64,000 nt of DNA from Eledone cirrhosa (Eukaryota). Every line of letters starts with the position of its first letter. Position 1 is the stretch's first letter. This document shows, piece after piece, positions 63,275 to 64,000 of this stretch. Made by a program: the position numbers and the translations under genes. Location: positions 231,694,001 to 231,758,000 of the forward strand of contig OZ024742.1 in NCBI GenBank assembly GCA_964016885.1, in the 5' to 3' direction. Under the pieces are notes generated by a model. The model did not search any database, was not told where the DNA came from, and was given only the letters and a program-made list of their open reading frames with translations.

Positions 63275-64000
63275 GTGAGTTTTATAAACATTTTACCCTT
63301 AATCTTACAATAAAGTTTTAACCATTTTACCTTGTTAATATAAGGTGTGAATTGGCAGTAGCGGTAGAGTGTTGGACAACATTCTTTATGGCATAGGGTT
63401 TGCCTTTAATCCTTATGGAGTAGATAAAATAAAGTACCAGTAATGCATCGGGGTCGATTTAATCAACTTTTCCCCAAAATTGTTGGCCTTGTGCCTAAAT
63501 CAGAAGCCAATATAAGACCTATATAAAAGTCTATCATCTGAAACTTTAATTTATATCAAGTGTTAAACTAATATATATCATCATTGTATTGTATCGTTCT
63601 TTCATGTTTTTTCCCTTGTTGATTATTGTCGATATATTATTAGGTCTCTTTTTAGCCTTGTATTGCAACATTTTACTTAATATGCTTAAGATATCTATTA
63701 AATTATATCCATGCTTACACAGCACACATCCATATCTCTTAATGTGATATATTAAAGTGATTGATCTAAAAAAATATATCCTGAAATGAAGGTGGCTGTA
63801 GAAAATGGAACTGCTTGATGATGGTTAGTTTATTAAAACCATTGGTAATATACTCAATTATGAAATAATCTATAATATTTGGCTCTGTCATTATAACCAA
63901 GTGGTCTTCCTATTGCCATTATAAGACAGGTGGAACCAAAAAAAAGAAAAGAAGGGGAGAAATAGGTAAACATTCCAGAAAGCTTAAGAGATTAGAAGGC

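Overview
AT-rich, microsatellite- and transposon-dense eukaryotic genomic DNA. The SINE/RTE repertoire suggests a coleoid cephalopod, probably an octopod (inference). Two spliced host genes lie on the + strand: the last two coding exons of an unidentified coiled-coil protein (7584-7756, 11269-11455) and the first four coding exons of mitochondrial NAD kinase NADK2 (34491-34751, 47279-47367, 53834-54004, 63182-63274), whose splice phases join into one frame with the GGDG motif. The rest is mostly mobile DNA: two tRNA-derived SINE families, RTE and CR1/L2 LINE fragments, a GC-rich CRE-clade retrotransposon with an inverted 5' part, mariner pseudogenes, Helitrons (including a head-to-tail pair), and Merlin-like, hAT and piggyBac MITEs. 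The most unusual features are a ~1.6 kb satellite of ~60 27-bp units carrying the NRF1-type motif TGCGCATGCGCR about 7.3 kb upstream of NADK2, many long foldback palindromes including a nested set at 16.2-22.7 kb, degenerate hammerhead-ribozyme motifs, and an atypical tRNA-like gene (GGC anticodon, C33). Almost all entries in the ORF track are spurious or TE-derived. Coordinates were counted by hand and repeat boundaries are approximate.
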